Source: Amoebophrya sp. A120 (lineage: Eukaryota > Protista > Dinoflagellata). Taken from it: 64,000 nt of DNA. Shown here piece by piece: positions 13,070 to 25,447 of this stretch; positions within the stretch are counted from its first letter, which is position 1, and the number at the start of each line of letters is the position of its first letter. Made by a program: the position numbers and the translations under genes. Where the stretch lies: the NCBI GenBank assembly GCA_905178155.1, contig CAJINV010000011.1:1263982-1327981 (forward strand), written 5' to 3'. The notes under the pieces are model-generated. The model ran no database searches, was not told where the DNA came from, and worked only from the letters and a program-made list of their open reading frames with translations.

Positions 13070-14789
13070 ATGCCCTCTATCGCTTCTACTGAAGAGAGCG
13101 AAGCCAACAAGAAGAAAGAAGACACAAAAATGAGGCAAGAGTGCCGCGTGGCGGTCTGCATCTCGGGCGCCATGCGGGCGTTTTTGGATGCGTTTCCGAC
13201 GTTTCTCGAGTTTGTGGAGAAGAAGAACGATGAGTGCACTTTAGACTATTTTGCGCACTTCAATTGGGACCCCGAGCACGATATCGCTGCTGCAAAGGCG
13301 CTTTTTCCGACGGAGAAAGCGTACAAGAAGGCAGTCGCGAAGGGGACACTCGAGTTTTTTTCCAACGAAACAAAAAAGGACTTCGAAGACGCTATCGCAA
13401 ATACAGAGACTGACAAAGACCAAGCGGAGAATTCCGAGAGCGACGAGGAGGACACAGCTGATGGAAAAAAACCGAAGACTGGAGCTGCGAAAACAACGAG
13501 TGCCACCTTCCGAAATGTCCGGTGGCGACAGGTCTTGATTTCCACGAACAATGAAACGGTGCAGGAGATGATGACCCGGACGAAGGCCGAAATTTTGTCC
13601 GATAAAGATCTCTACCACCAGCACATCGAGCAGAATTTTGAACAGCTCATCAAGGAACCCACCGCCCGCGGCATGGTGCCGTTCCGCGTCCTCGCGATGG
13701 CCATGAGCATCGAACTCGCGCACGAGCAGCTGGAGAAGGGATTGAAACTCCGGAAGGGGACGGAAAACGAGGTAAGGTACGACCTGTTCATCCGCACGCG
13801 GCCGGACATCAGTTTCAAACGGGAGCTCGACTTGTACGTCCCCTTTCACATGTCGCTGACCGACGACCCCGAGGGGAGGGACCAGGACGAGCCAGACCCG
13901 ATTGGTCGGAAGCGGCACCCCCCGGACACGATCTACCTGCCGTGGTGGAGCGACCCGTCCCCGAAACCGCACGCGTTTGACGCGTTAAACGACCCCGGGC
14001 TGGCGTTTGACCAGTTCGCGGTTGCGAACTCGTTGCAGGTCATCCGGCACTACACGAGTTTTCGGAAATACGTGGCGAAGCGGTTTGTATGAAAGTGCAC
14101 AACTCGTCCCCGTCCAACTCATTTGAAGGGTGTAAGCAGCAACACAAGTACTGGCATAAATACAGCTCTTGCATGACATCAAATTCGGGACCGACTCTAG
14201 TGCTGTTTCGGCCGCTTCCGGAACAGGTCATGCAAGCAGTGCCAAAGGGAGAAAGGCGGATTTGGTATTTTGCATGACAAATGAGGGGTGGAGGGGGAGC
14301 TGTGCATTGTGATAGTTTGCGGAGCTAGTGATGTCGACCACACCGTTGCACGTCCCCGGGGATAGCGAAGAGAGCAGCGAGGAGGAAGAAGCTGCCGCGC
14401 CAATGACCACCAGCACGACCACTCCCGCGCCGTCAAATATCAAAACGCTAAACGATAAAAACTCAACTGCCCTCTACGATGGGCACTCCGCCCCGGATCT
14501 GGTCGCTTTGGGTAAGGAGGTAGCAAAGAGCCGGAACGGTGTCTGGAGTCGCATGGATGTGGATTTTTACCCGGAAAAACTGCTCTTCGATCTTCTCGCA
14601 GTGAATCCGAAGCCGAGTGATCCGAATCTGAAGAAGAAGCTCCGGTTTGCACTGCTGGGAGATTTCCGTGCGACCCTGCTCCGGCCGAACGGGGTCGAGG
14701 CGGATCCGTTTGGGAAATTAAAAGAGCACTACCCCGACGCAGATGCGTACCCAAGGAGTTGGGTACCGGGGGCGAGGGAAGACCTGTGA
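13070..14789 (+). CDS. Glycosyltransferase-like hypothetical protein, 2 exons (5' end uncertain)
   Basis: Exons 13070-14087 and 14320-14789. Motifs VAVCISGAMR, YDLFIRTRPD and DQFAV resemble an uncharacterised GT-like family (inference). In frame after introner removal (KRF|AELV). Confidence 0.6.
14088..14314. mobile_element. Introner family B (inverted relative to the 10019 copy)
   Basis: Family B TIRs and perfect TSD gtttg. The body matches the reverse complement of 10019-10246. Confidence 0.93.
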
Positions 14790-15735
14790 CTTTTGCTGGA
14801 TATTAAAGGCGATGAAACGTCGTGCGCGAGCACTCCCATCATCCACGTGGTAATCCAAAGAGCTGCCCTGCTCCTGAAGAACGGGTATAGTAGCCATGTG
14901 TTTTTTAGCGACCGCATCGTTGCAGTGTTCCGTGGAATTTTACTGGGTCCGTTGCTCCAGACGGTTCGCTTGTTTTTTTTGGTGAAGCAGCTTTGCTTAA
15001 GGATGACGATGGCGTTGAGTCCATGGCGCATCATCTTCTAAAAGTAAAAGATAAAATCAAAGAGCAGAAAGATCCTCAGACCGCTACGATCCTATTACTA
15101 TGCGTTCACAATCAACGATTTCTCTGTAAAATAACTCATCGGAGATTTCGCTAGACACGAGCGCCACAATAACAGACTCATTTCTTGTCCCGGTGACGCC
15201 TTGCTTTATGGCTTGCTGGTCTATCCTTGAGTCGACAGAATAAAGTATGGTATGAAAAATCATCATCGAGAACCTTCATTCATTGTTTTCGCTGGTCACC
15301 AGTAAGAGTAGATGCTAGAGCAGACCGATTTTCGCTCTCTGATCTACAACTACAATCAATGCCTCCATTATTTCTTTCGTGTATGTCGTGTTTGAGAATG
15401 AGATTCTATGTCTTCGTGATGGTTTGTCGCCGTCTCGTTTCGAATCGTGTTGTCGTCGAGAAGTAGAGAAAGAAGAGCAAATTCCTCCATCGCAAGAAGT
15501 CGTATTCGTGTATGCGTTCCGATCATTTTGGCAATTGCGATCTCACAACTCAAACTTTGGACTCCTCTCTCGAAATCATCTCAGATGCGATTGGTATCTT
15601 TGTGGCCAGAAGCACGGGGACACATCACATTGTGTTGCGTCCTCCCGATGGTCTAAGGTGGAGAAAGATATAGAGTGAGGTTGTAGTTGTAGTACGGTTC
15701 AGTTCTTTCTCTTCAGTAGAAAAGTATCGGAACAG

Positions 15736-18700
15736 ATGTCGTCTTTCTACCTCGACCGAGTTGTCGGCTACGGCCCGGTCGGCGACCCCGCGGCATGTTT
15801 CTCGGACGCCGAAAGCGGCGGGGGCAACAGAAATAAACCGGAATCCGTAGTCAGCACTCTGTCCCACTTGGGGATCAGCGACCGCCTCCCCGAGGGCCCG
15901 CCTAAATATTTCTTCTCCGTGCCGCGGGTCTCGACCCTGAACCGTGGGAAACGAATCGAGGATCATGTGGACGCTGGTGTCGAGGACGCAAAACTGCTGC
16001 ACCAAAATAAACAGGGAGGTCCTGCTTCGGCGGCTTCCACATTTGCGGGAGGTCCGACCGCACAGGAAGAAGATGTCAACGACAGTGTGGAGGGTGAGAT
16101 TATTCTTGAGCAGAAGGGCTACTTGCAGGGACACGGAGTGCTTGTCGGCGCTGGCGGCAGTTCATCTTCGACGTCTGGCGGCGCAGGAGCTGCGAACATC
16201 AACAAGCCAGGACATAATCAGCAATTGCCGCTACACGGGCGCCATTTCACAAGAAACCTCCTCCAAACCGACACCTCTTCTGAAGCGGCGGGCTACCGCG
16301 TGGCTTTACTTGGGCAGTTGTTGTCGCCATCATCACACCAGAGTGGAAGCCATGCGCAGAGCAAAAACACCCGCAGCGGTGGGGGTCCTCCGAGTAAGAA
16401 ACACATCAACCCGAAAGTGCCGGTCTTGAACCAGGTGGCGAATGTTGGCCGGAATTTGCGAGAGCAGGTTGACGCGTTAAAAAACGGAACGACAAACGGC
16501 GGGGGCTTTATGAACTGTAATTCTCCCAATGCGACAGCGACCACCTGCAATCTGGGCGCAGCGGCCGCCTGTACTTCCAGTTACGGTAAGCACGACAAAA
16601 TCCCGATCTCCGGGTCGCCGCACAAAATGCTGGGCCAACGCGGAGAGTTTCGTTTGCAGTTTCAGTATTTGATCCCGGCAGCGCCACCACCAGTCAAAGC
16701 AATCGCGACGATACACGAATTTTCTCCGAGTTATGGCGGCGGCGATCACCATCTACTTGCAGCTGGAGGAATAAACAGCCTGAGGAATGATCACCGTGCT
16801 GGGAGAAGCAACAAAGCAGTTTCCAGTAAAAGACAAGTATCCTGTGCAAAAGTATCGTACTAGTATAAATTGCATTACAAATTTCCTTAGCATGACAGAT
16901 GAAATTTGTAATGCTGTTTTAGCTAAGACAGGCGATTTGTCATGCATGTCTGCAATTAGTACGAGTACGATACTTTTGCACAGCATAACAAGAAAGCGAC
17001 TTCGACAACATCAGCGATGACGACAACATTCAAGTTATCCTGTGTAAAAACTTCCCTATCCCATAGTCAAGATGGGAAATCTGCTAGACAAGTCAACAAG
17101 CTTTGGCTGTTGCGCACACTACAAGTTTGATGGCCTCGGAGTGAGATCCTGCTTTAGCTAGTTCGGCAGCATCACAGACCTAGCACGCCGTGCGTATTGG
17201 AGCATGACAAATTTCGAAGCGCGACTATAGAATGCCCCGCATGGGGCTTTGCATGAGAAATATTTTAAGCATGCAGATTTGCATGACAAAGACAACTATC
17301 GGGTGGGGACGTTTTTACATAGGATACAAGTTGACCCGGAGTTAAAAGTGTCTCCCGTCCGGCTGTTCCCCAACCAGCGAGCGTTGATAGAGGGTGGCGG
17401 CGTTGCGGGGAATACGGTGAGTGGCGTGATAAGTGCGAAGGTCAGCGGCCCGGACGCGATGAGTCAGTCTTTGGTGGATTTGCGGGGTGGCGTGGGAGCT
17501 GCCAGTGGTGGAGGTTCTTCGCCACGGCGCGGTGCGGACGGGAAGAGCAACAAGATGGCGCCTGCGAACAAGGAAAAGGACGGTAGCACAACTACAGGAG
17601 CCGAGCCACGACAAGGTGAAGCAACTGATCGATATAAATCCGACGGTCTTGCGGCCGCCACTGCCAGTGCGCTCGCCGGAATTGTCAGCATGCTGGATCA
17701 TGATCAGCAGGATGGGGAAGACGGTGACGAGGCTGCGACAAGTAAAGGAAAAAAACACAACAATAACAAGCAGAATGAAAACAGCTCGTCGGGAGCGAAA
17801 GGCGGTGTGGTCACGACCAAGCCAGATCAAGGCGAGCAAGAAACGAAGCAGAGCAGAATGGTGTTTGGAAAACGTGCTCCTCTCCCCCTCCCGCGGCGTC
17901 CTCCGCAACCGGAAATAAATAAGCAGTCCCAGCCCACGAATGACCAACATCCAGAACAGCAGTCGAGTTCTTTGTCTGGGTCTTCGTGCAAACTGCCCGC
18001 TAATATGAGCACTACTAGCGATTTTTCGATAAACGATAGTACTGCAGCGGGTCGTGGAGTGCTGGCGAAGAACAGGAATAACGATGCCAGCGAGGTCATC
18101 GCGCGCATGTCTGCGGAGGAAATTCAACAACTATTGGACCAATCCGAAAAAAACGCGACTGGAATAGAAAGTAGCACGAAGATGACCTCCGATGAACTGC
18201 GGTTGACCCGGGAACTCATCGCCGATTCAACCCTTGTCACCCCGGCGGACCACTTGGCGCAATTCCGCGGTGGAGATACAACATCCAAAAATAATCCGGC
18301 TTGTTTCATCTCCGTCGGCACTCCGGTTGGCGCACTTGCGGTTTCGCAGATCGACATTGGGAAGTACCGACGAGGAACGATGTCGAGTACGAAAAATCAA
18401 ACTTCAACATTCGGAAATAACTCAGACTTTTCAAAATACCTAGAATCCACTGCGAAGAACAGGGACGGAACGATGAGCACGCTGCAGGCGAACAAGATGC
18501 TGAAGCTGAATTTGAACAAAACGTCACCGGGGAAGCAGGATAACATCAACAAGATGTCGGGCAATATTAATTCCACGAACAAAGACAGCACGATGCGCTC
18601 CCAAACGCCGACGTTGTCTGCCGCGACGGCGACGACGCTGAATCACCCGATGATGTTCTCCCCCGAGTCCGGTGCGCGAACGCAAGACGAACTGTTTCAG

Positions 18701-20297
18701 CAACAAAGTTCTTACCTGATCGATGTGAATAGTCACGGGAAGAAGGGCGTCAGCGGGGCTGTCAGGCAGCCTTTGGCCTACGCGAAGGAGCAGCTGTTTT
18801 TGAACATCAGCGTTCCAGCAAATCAGGGGAATGAACACCCGACAACCGGTAATAACAACAATAAGTCCTTCGGTGCCACAATGCAGCCGATTTGGCAGAA
18901 CGGTAGTCCGAATAGCTTGTCGCCCTTGAGGCTGCGGAGGCGGAAGAACAAGTCGCAGTCGCCCAAGAAATCGGCTCTGGCGGGCGACAGCATCGCGTTG
19001 GATGTCATTGACGCGGCGAATACCTACGAACAAGTGCTGCAGAAAAGGTATGAAAAAACGGTTTTATACGCACGTGGTCACAGGAGCTCACGACTCTTCA
19101 CGAAAGTGTAGAAGATGTTGGTTCTCGATATACAACAGGATAGTAGCTGTAGCAAACGCGATGTTTTGTGATATGCTTCTGGTTCTGACTGTGATAGATG
19201 ATAGGTGCATGAATGTAATTGTAAAAACAAAAACCAAAAGGTACGTCCCCCAGTACGGTGGTGTGTCTCCTTTCCGGGGGGCAGGGCGTTACGGGTCGAT
19301 TACGCTATACCAGAAAGCCGACGAAAACTCAACCGAGAAGCAAGAAGAACTTTTCCTGGACAACGTCGCGCGCCTCTCCCTTGATGACATGATCGACAGC
19401 CGCGACGAGATCAGTAAAATTCGCAAGGAAATCGAGGGAAAGCGGGACTGGTTGTCGGAGACCGCGACGACCATCGGCGATCCGAACAACGCCGCGCGGA
19501 CCACCGGTGGGGCGGCGTCCTCGGCGCATTTTTCCTCCACCGCAGGGACCTTTCACCAGCAATTACAGGAGGCCGGAGGACCTGGGCGGGAAGAGGAGAT
19601 GGGGGCTGGTGGACGAACTACAGCAACAACCGCAGGTGGTGGAGACGCTGCTGCTGTTCATTCTGGTGGGCTGTCGGTAGATAAAGCCGAAGGCGACGTC
19701 GAAGTCTTGCCACTGCCGGCGGGCGAACAAATACAAGAAACGCCAGGAGGTGAGGACAACAGCCAGGAGACACACAAACAGCAATCGCCAGTAGCAGGTG
19801 GAAATGACAATGAGCATAAGCCGGCGAACGCGAACGCTGCTGTCGATGCGGATGCTGGAGGTCGTGGTCACGACAACCCGGATCATACACTGCAACAACC
19901 CGCGATGAATACAACAACCAGTGGGGACTCTTTGCGTCAACCCCGGCGGCTGATTGAGGATGAGTTGGACAGCGTGATCGACGATGCGTTTCTTGTCGAC
20001 GGCACGAAAACCATATGCAGTACAAATTTCCCGTCCATGTACAAGATGCGTCACAAATTTCACCAATTTGGAGTGTACTAACACTTGTCATGCTAGACTA
20101 GGATCGGAGCCAAGTTTTGTCAAGCAGAGACCGCATTCGTACAACGTGTACGGGAAATTTACTGTGGATAAACCACGCACTCCACGACAACGCTCGATAC
20201 CCGGGCGGGGGGAACGCTCGCCACGACCTGGATTTCCGCGTCCAGTGCGACCGGGGATGAGAACAACCATGGTGCGGGAGGAGGTGCGAAGAAATGA
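15736..20297 (+). CDS. Large low-complexity hypothetical protein, 5 exons (5' end uncertain)
   Basis: Exons 15736-16837, 16993-17035, 17332-19047, 19241-20013, 20176-20297. Three introners plus the GT-AG intron 19048-19240; all joins are in frame. No domain recognised. Confidence 0.65.
16838..16987. mobile_element. Introner family C
   Basis: TIR tatcctgtgcaaaagtatcgtact / agtacgatacttttgcacagcata. Perfect TSD acaag. Confidence 0.93.
17036..17326. mobile_element. Introner family D
   Basis: TIR tatcctgtgtaaaaacttccctatcccatagt / actatcgggtggggacgtttttacataggata. Perfect TSD caagt. Removal gives NIQV|DPEL. Confidence 0.9.
20014..20170. mobile_element. Introner family E, copy 2
   Basis: TIR tatgcagtacaaatttcccgt / acgggaaatttactgtggata. 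Perfect TSD aacca. Homologous to 5746-5897. Confidence 0.9.
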
Positions 20298-21348
20298 ACA
20301 ACGTGAACGATACTTCCGCGATACAGTTCTGCGATCGTGGAAGAAGACCATAGTAGATTCACCTCGGTCAGCTGTGCTTCTGCACGTTGGATGTACAATA
20401 GATACCTACCATGAGAGAGGACGGTGGAGCAAGTCCCGCGGTAATTGGTTCTTCTAGTACTACTCCATCAAGTCTACTGTGGTCGAACTTGAGGAGCCTT
20501 CGCTTGATATAGTATAGACTTTCCGTTTGAAACAATTTGAATTTCAATTTACAATTATGCACACATTTGAATTTTCTGTCTTATCACCAAACAGCTGCGC
20601 TTGTGCGCTCGTATCTTGAGAGTGAGTTATTTCAGTTGTACACTAAGCTCCTTGAAGATGATAGTGCCGATACAGTTTTTCTGGTAGATTCCTGGCCTTG
20701 AGTTTTTTGTTTTTGCTGGACGATCTTTTCATGTGTACACCATGGCTAATATTTTGGAAGGTGAAGAAGAACGCTGAAAAATTGCACCGATGACGTATGA
20801 AGCGTAACAACTGAATATCTTCGACGTCTCCTGTATAATAAACTTAAACACGATTTGGAATAAAAAAGGTAAGTGGCACTCATCTGCTCTGTCGCTTTGA
20901 GATAGAGGCAAATGCAGGCTGCAGGATCGAGAAGGGGCGAGTGCTGTATGTTGCAGAGAAGATTATGAAGGAACGTCGCACGACCTTCTACGTATCTGTG
21001 TTCGCCATCGGTACGTCAAAACAGCAAAATGAAAATCGTCTCAAAAAGAAGATCCGAACGAACGACCGTTCGGCCCGTAGTCATCGGAAGGCAGGAACCG
21101 ATCCGGCGTTCTGTTGAGTCGTATCTCGTCCACGTAGAAGCTAGGCCAACGCCAACGCAAGATCTGGACGGATCAACGTTCCTTCGTGGCTGGCGCCTAG
21201 GCTTGATTGCAGCTTCGGATGCATCAAAGAGAAAGAGTGCAGCTATCAGCCCCGATGCGACAAAGAGGAAGGTTTAACAAGTTCTGAGTTCACAAAAAGG
21301 ACGAAAACCTCTTTCCAAAAAAAAAGGGAAATCCAAACGACAGTTATC

Positions 21349-22536
21349 ATGGGCGCCGCAATTTCGTACTACGTGTCGTTTCTGACACGAACGGAGACGA
21401 AGACGCGGGAGGATTACCTGCGTCTGTTTGCTGTCGGAGTTGGAATCGACGTGATGCTCATGATGCTGCAGCTGCCAGCGCTACTGATCGGCGCAGTCAC
21501 TTCGGACGGACCGGGAAGCGGTGGAGCTGCGAACGTTTTAGCAGCCGCAGGACAAGAACATTCATCTGCAGAGAAAATCCACGGCGGCCTGGTTTTCGAC
21601 CAGTCAGATCATTCAGGAGGAGCTGCGCTTGCAGCGACGACAGCCAGCAACGCTGCATCCAATACTTTAGTACCGAACAAAGCCCTTCTTGAACCGAATC
21701 TCATCACGACTACTTTTCAACCAGGATCAGAAATTTTGGCGAACACGGTCGGAGCCCCTGGAGGATCACCACATGGCATTTTTTTGCCACCGGCGACCCC
21801 TTTCACCTCGACGTCCTTCTGGTCATGGACATCAACAGGTTCCGGGGCTGGGGAGCACGAGACGTCGCACTTGGACATCGCGAGCAGGACGACGACGGGC
21901 GAAGACGAAAAATTGAAAGCAAAGGGTTCTTTCGGTTTGTTTGGAAACGACGGTTCGTACAACACGAATACTCTTTCCGTGACAGGTGATACCACGGACG
22001 ACGATTTTTCTGGACAACAAGGCGTCCTCTCCTACAGCTACAGCTACTTTGTTCCCCGAGCACTACAGATGACCGATAATTTTTTTTCTTTGTCGTCCTC
22101 AAAAACCACTTCTACTTCTTCTGCGGGCAAGAACCAAGTCGATATCCTCACGACGAACAGCTACGGCGGTGGTTCGTGGACCTTGATCCGGCTCCTACTG
22201 ATGCTCTTTCTCCTCGCCGACGCGGCCGCGCTGGCGGCACTGCGGTGCAAGGTGCGCAGCGATTCGTTCTTCTCCTTGGGCGCGGAGGCGCACGCGCGGT
22301 TGCTCTGCCCACTGCGATTCTGCGTCGGGTGGGGCAGCACCACTTGCTTGTTGTACGGGGCCGTGCAGTTCGGACAGGTTTTTGGTTTGTGGAACGGCGA
22401 TTTCTTCTGGCTGCTCATCACGATCTGGCTGGTCTTGATTAAATTGCTGCGCGTCATCGCGGTGGCCTCCTTCGAGAAGTGGCTGCAAGTCTCGGAACGG
22501 CCTCTCATCGTGCGGGGAGTGCGGGCGCAGTTGTGA
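21349..22536 (+). CDS. Single-exon multi-pass membrane hypothetical protein
   Basis: 395-aa ORF with one N-terminal and about three C-terminal hydrophobic segments flanking an S/T/G-rich linker. Confidence 0.7.
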   Translation: MGAAISYYVSFLTRTETKTREDYLRLFAVGVGIDVMLMMLQLPALLIGAVTSDGPGSGGAANVLAAAGQEHSSAEKIHGGLVFDQSDHSGGAALAATTASNAASNTLVPNKALLEPNLITTTFQPGSEILANTVGAPGGSPHGIFLPPATPFTSTSFWSWTSTGSGAGEHETSHLDIASRTTTGEDEKLKAKGSFGLFGNDGSYNTNTLSVTGDTTDDDFSGQQGVLSYSYSYFVPRALQMTDNFFSLSSSKTTSTSSAGKNQVDILTTNSYGGGSWTLIRLLLMLFLLADAAALAALRCKVRSDSFFSLGAEAHARLLCPLRFCVGWGSTTCLLYGAVQFGQVFGLWNGDFFWLLITIWLVLIKLLRVIAVASFEKWLQVSERPLIVRGVRAQL

Positions 22537-25447
22537 ATTGCGAGTGCTGCTGAAGATGGTGATATAAAAATGAACAAGTTGAAGTTTATGCACTGCGCGC
22601 TTACTCATTCTCAACCTCCTCCTCCTCGTGTAGGTGGTTTCGTTTCAGAAAAACAAAAAGATCGTCGTACGAATAAAATGCCATTACATCGACTGAAACC
22701 GAAACCGAAACTGATCAGGAACTGCTTGTTGAATATGAAGTGTTTTGCGCATCACACGCCCTTGCGCTCGCCGTTTTTGTCTAATAACAAGTCGTAGTTT
22801 TGGCAATGGAACGTGGTGAAGGTGATAAATTTTCACATCATCTTCAAGGACAAGGACCCGGTGATGTTCCGTGATCCTAATCTACTGGCACTGGGAGTGG
22901 AACCAGATTGAGTTGGAAGAGTGGAGCCATATCAAATCGCGTCTGCGCCTATTCATTGCTGAAAGAGCGCGGCCTACATCAGCAGGCGGCCCCACAGTCC
23001 TGCAAAGGCTCCGGCCCCCCGTGCGGTGTAGCTGCTCGCTCCCCTCCCCGGCCCGGTTGGCTTTGGGGTTGGTCGTTACTCGGTTGAAACGATAGCGGCG
23101 CCGGCTGATCAGCGGCGAACGAGTTCCATCCCGCCCCCGGGGCGGAGTGTTCTACTGAGGGAGCGCTCGCACTCTTTTCGCAGCCCTGCCCTGTCGTGCC
23201 ACGGGCATCCGTGGGACCGGGTGGGGTAGCGGCCCCCCCGCCAGCGTTGGGGGGAAACAGGGCCCGCGTTTCGCGTTTAGAAGGTGCCGGCATTACGCCA
23301 GCGCACCGAAAACAATGACGGCGGCGCCCTCCGTGGTGGCTGTTATGACTATGAGGCGCGTGGTGTTGTGGGTGCCATTTATCGGCCTGCCCGCGTCTGC
23401 AGCGATGGGAACGGGCTCAAGCGTAGCCACGGGGGTGGGCGTGGTAGGTTCAGCAATGTTAGCCAGTGCCCGGCGCTCGCGGGGGCGTTCGTTGCTTCAT
23501 GAATTGGTGGGCTCAGCCTCTCCCGAGGCATCCGCCCGGCCGTCTTGTTGCCTCCCTGGCGGGGGCGATGGTGCTCATCCGCCCGAAGCAGTGCCGCAGA
23601 GGCCGCGCGCATTTGGGCCGGCAGCGCGCATTAATTTGGCGGCGGGACGGCCCCCGCGCTGAGTTGGAGGCGATTTTCTACCGTTTGAAGGGCGGCCAGA
23701 ATCCAGGTCAGGAGCGCAATAAAAAAACAGCAAGGGCGTAGAAAAAAAAAGCGCTATCTTCCCGGGAGGCGGCGGAGATTCTAGTGAAGTCAGCCGGTAT
23801 CAAATTGGCGACCGGATTTCCGACGGTGTTGGACATAATATGGCGGAAAGACTCTTCACCAGAAGCCCAGCCCGTTGAAATACGCCGGGCAGTTCCCGGC
23901 GTCTGCCCAGAAACGCACCCGGACGCGCTGCGCCTGTTGATGTGAGTCCAGCGGAGTATGCCGAATGCACACCCGTGGCGGTGGCCAAGGCGGCCCCGCT
24001 TATCAGCGCCGGCGCGTTCTGGCCCGGACGAAGATGGTGCCTATTTCGCTCTGGAAAACTGCGTGGCGCAAGCGGCCGGCGAAGTTTCTCGAAAGGAGGC
24101 CAGAAGCGCCATCGGGAAACGACGCGGGCGCGACATTAGTGCGCACCGCTTAACAAAAGCGACGAGCTTGCTGCTGGTGCGCAAGCGGGAGCACAGGGCG
24201 CCTCTGATACTTGCCGGAGGCCCCCGAGCGGTGCGGCTTTGGCTGTGCTCCGGGTGGGCAACCACCCTGGCGCAGCGACCGACGCCAGCCCCCGGCCCGG
24301 TTGCGCGCGCCTGCGTTTTCCGGTCCCTCCGGTTGCGCGCGCCTGCCGACGCCTTGCAGTTGCGCGCGTGTGTGTTTTCCGGCGTTGCGCGCGCAGTCGG
24401 GCGCCCCGGCAGCGCGCCCAGCCACTTGCCCGCGCTCCAACCATCTGCGCCCCACGCGGTCCGCGAGCGGCCTTGGGGCCGGGCCATCGGTCTATGTGTT
24501 TGCTTGCTTCGCCCCGTGGCCTCGTCTGCCCTGGCGGGCTAGCTGGGTTGGTTTCCCCTGCCCCATGCATTGCCGCGCCGGGGTGGGGCGAGCGTTGATA
24601 GATTGCAAGAGAAAACTTGCCTCGCGAGCTGCTAGCGGGCGCGGCTTCTGCAACTTCCATATGGGGGTGGTGCCGCTGCGTGGGTTGCTGCTTGGCCGGG
24701 TCATTGCGGTGCGCGCGGTCTCACTCGGCCGAACGGCCGCCGCTCGTTTCTTTTTTTTAAAAGTACTTCGCCCGTCGGAGCGTGCAGGCAGCCAGATCTG
24801 GTTCCAACCAAACTGCGCGACCCCGACCGACATTGGTTCTGCGCCTTCGTCTTGGTCGACATTGGTTTTCTTGGCCGCTTTAACGTCGGCTGCCATGGTT
24901 TTTCGGCCGCTTTTGTTCCATGCATGTGTGTGAGAGGAAAAAGCGAATGTGAATGTAGGGGCTGCGGGTTCCCATTGCTTGTTGTTCCGACAGGGAGGAA
25001 GTGAGAAGACGGAGACACATTGACATGGAGTGCAGAGTGAGCGTGCCCCGCATCCGGCAGCAAACGCAGCTTCGAGGTTGCCTTTCCGTTTAAATGAACC
25101 AATAGCGTCGTGCTGGAGGTGGATCCGGCAACGCCCATGCAAAAATGACGAGTCTTACTCACCAGCGGGGCTGGGCGGGGGCCGTTCCTGGTGCAGGAGC
25201 AGAATCGCCAAAGTTTGGAAATGGAGAAAGTAAGAACTACTCGCCGAAAGCAGCGGTAAGTACTTAAATTGTTGTGTTTGAGGCGATACGGATACCGATT
25301 TGGTTTTGGATCTTGTCTCAATTATGTACCTCTTCGCTGTGGCGGTTGCCGGACAACGAGGAGAATTTTATCACAATGCATGAGCCATAACTAAGATGCA
25401 ATGATAACTTGCTAACTTGTTCTACGTAAACCACGACTCTTCCTCAG

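Noticed and set aside
22840-25150. Many overlapping 100-240 aa ORFs in a GC-rich tract
   Set aside because: They are Ala/Arg/Pro/Gly-rich in all frames with no motifs. The tract looks like repeat or low-quality sequence.
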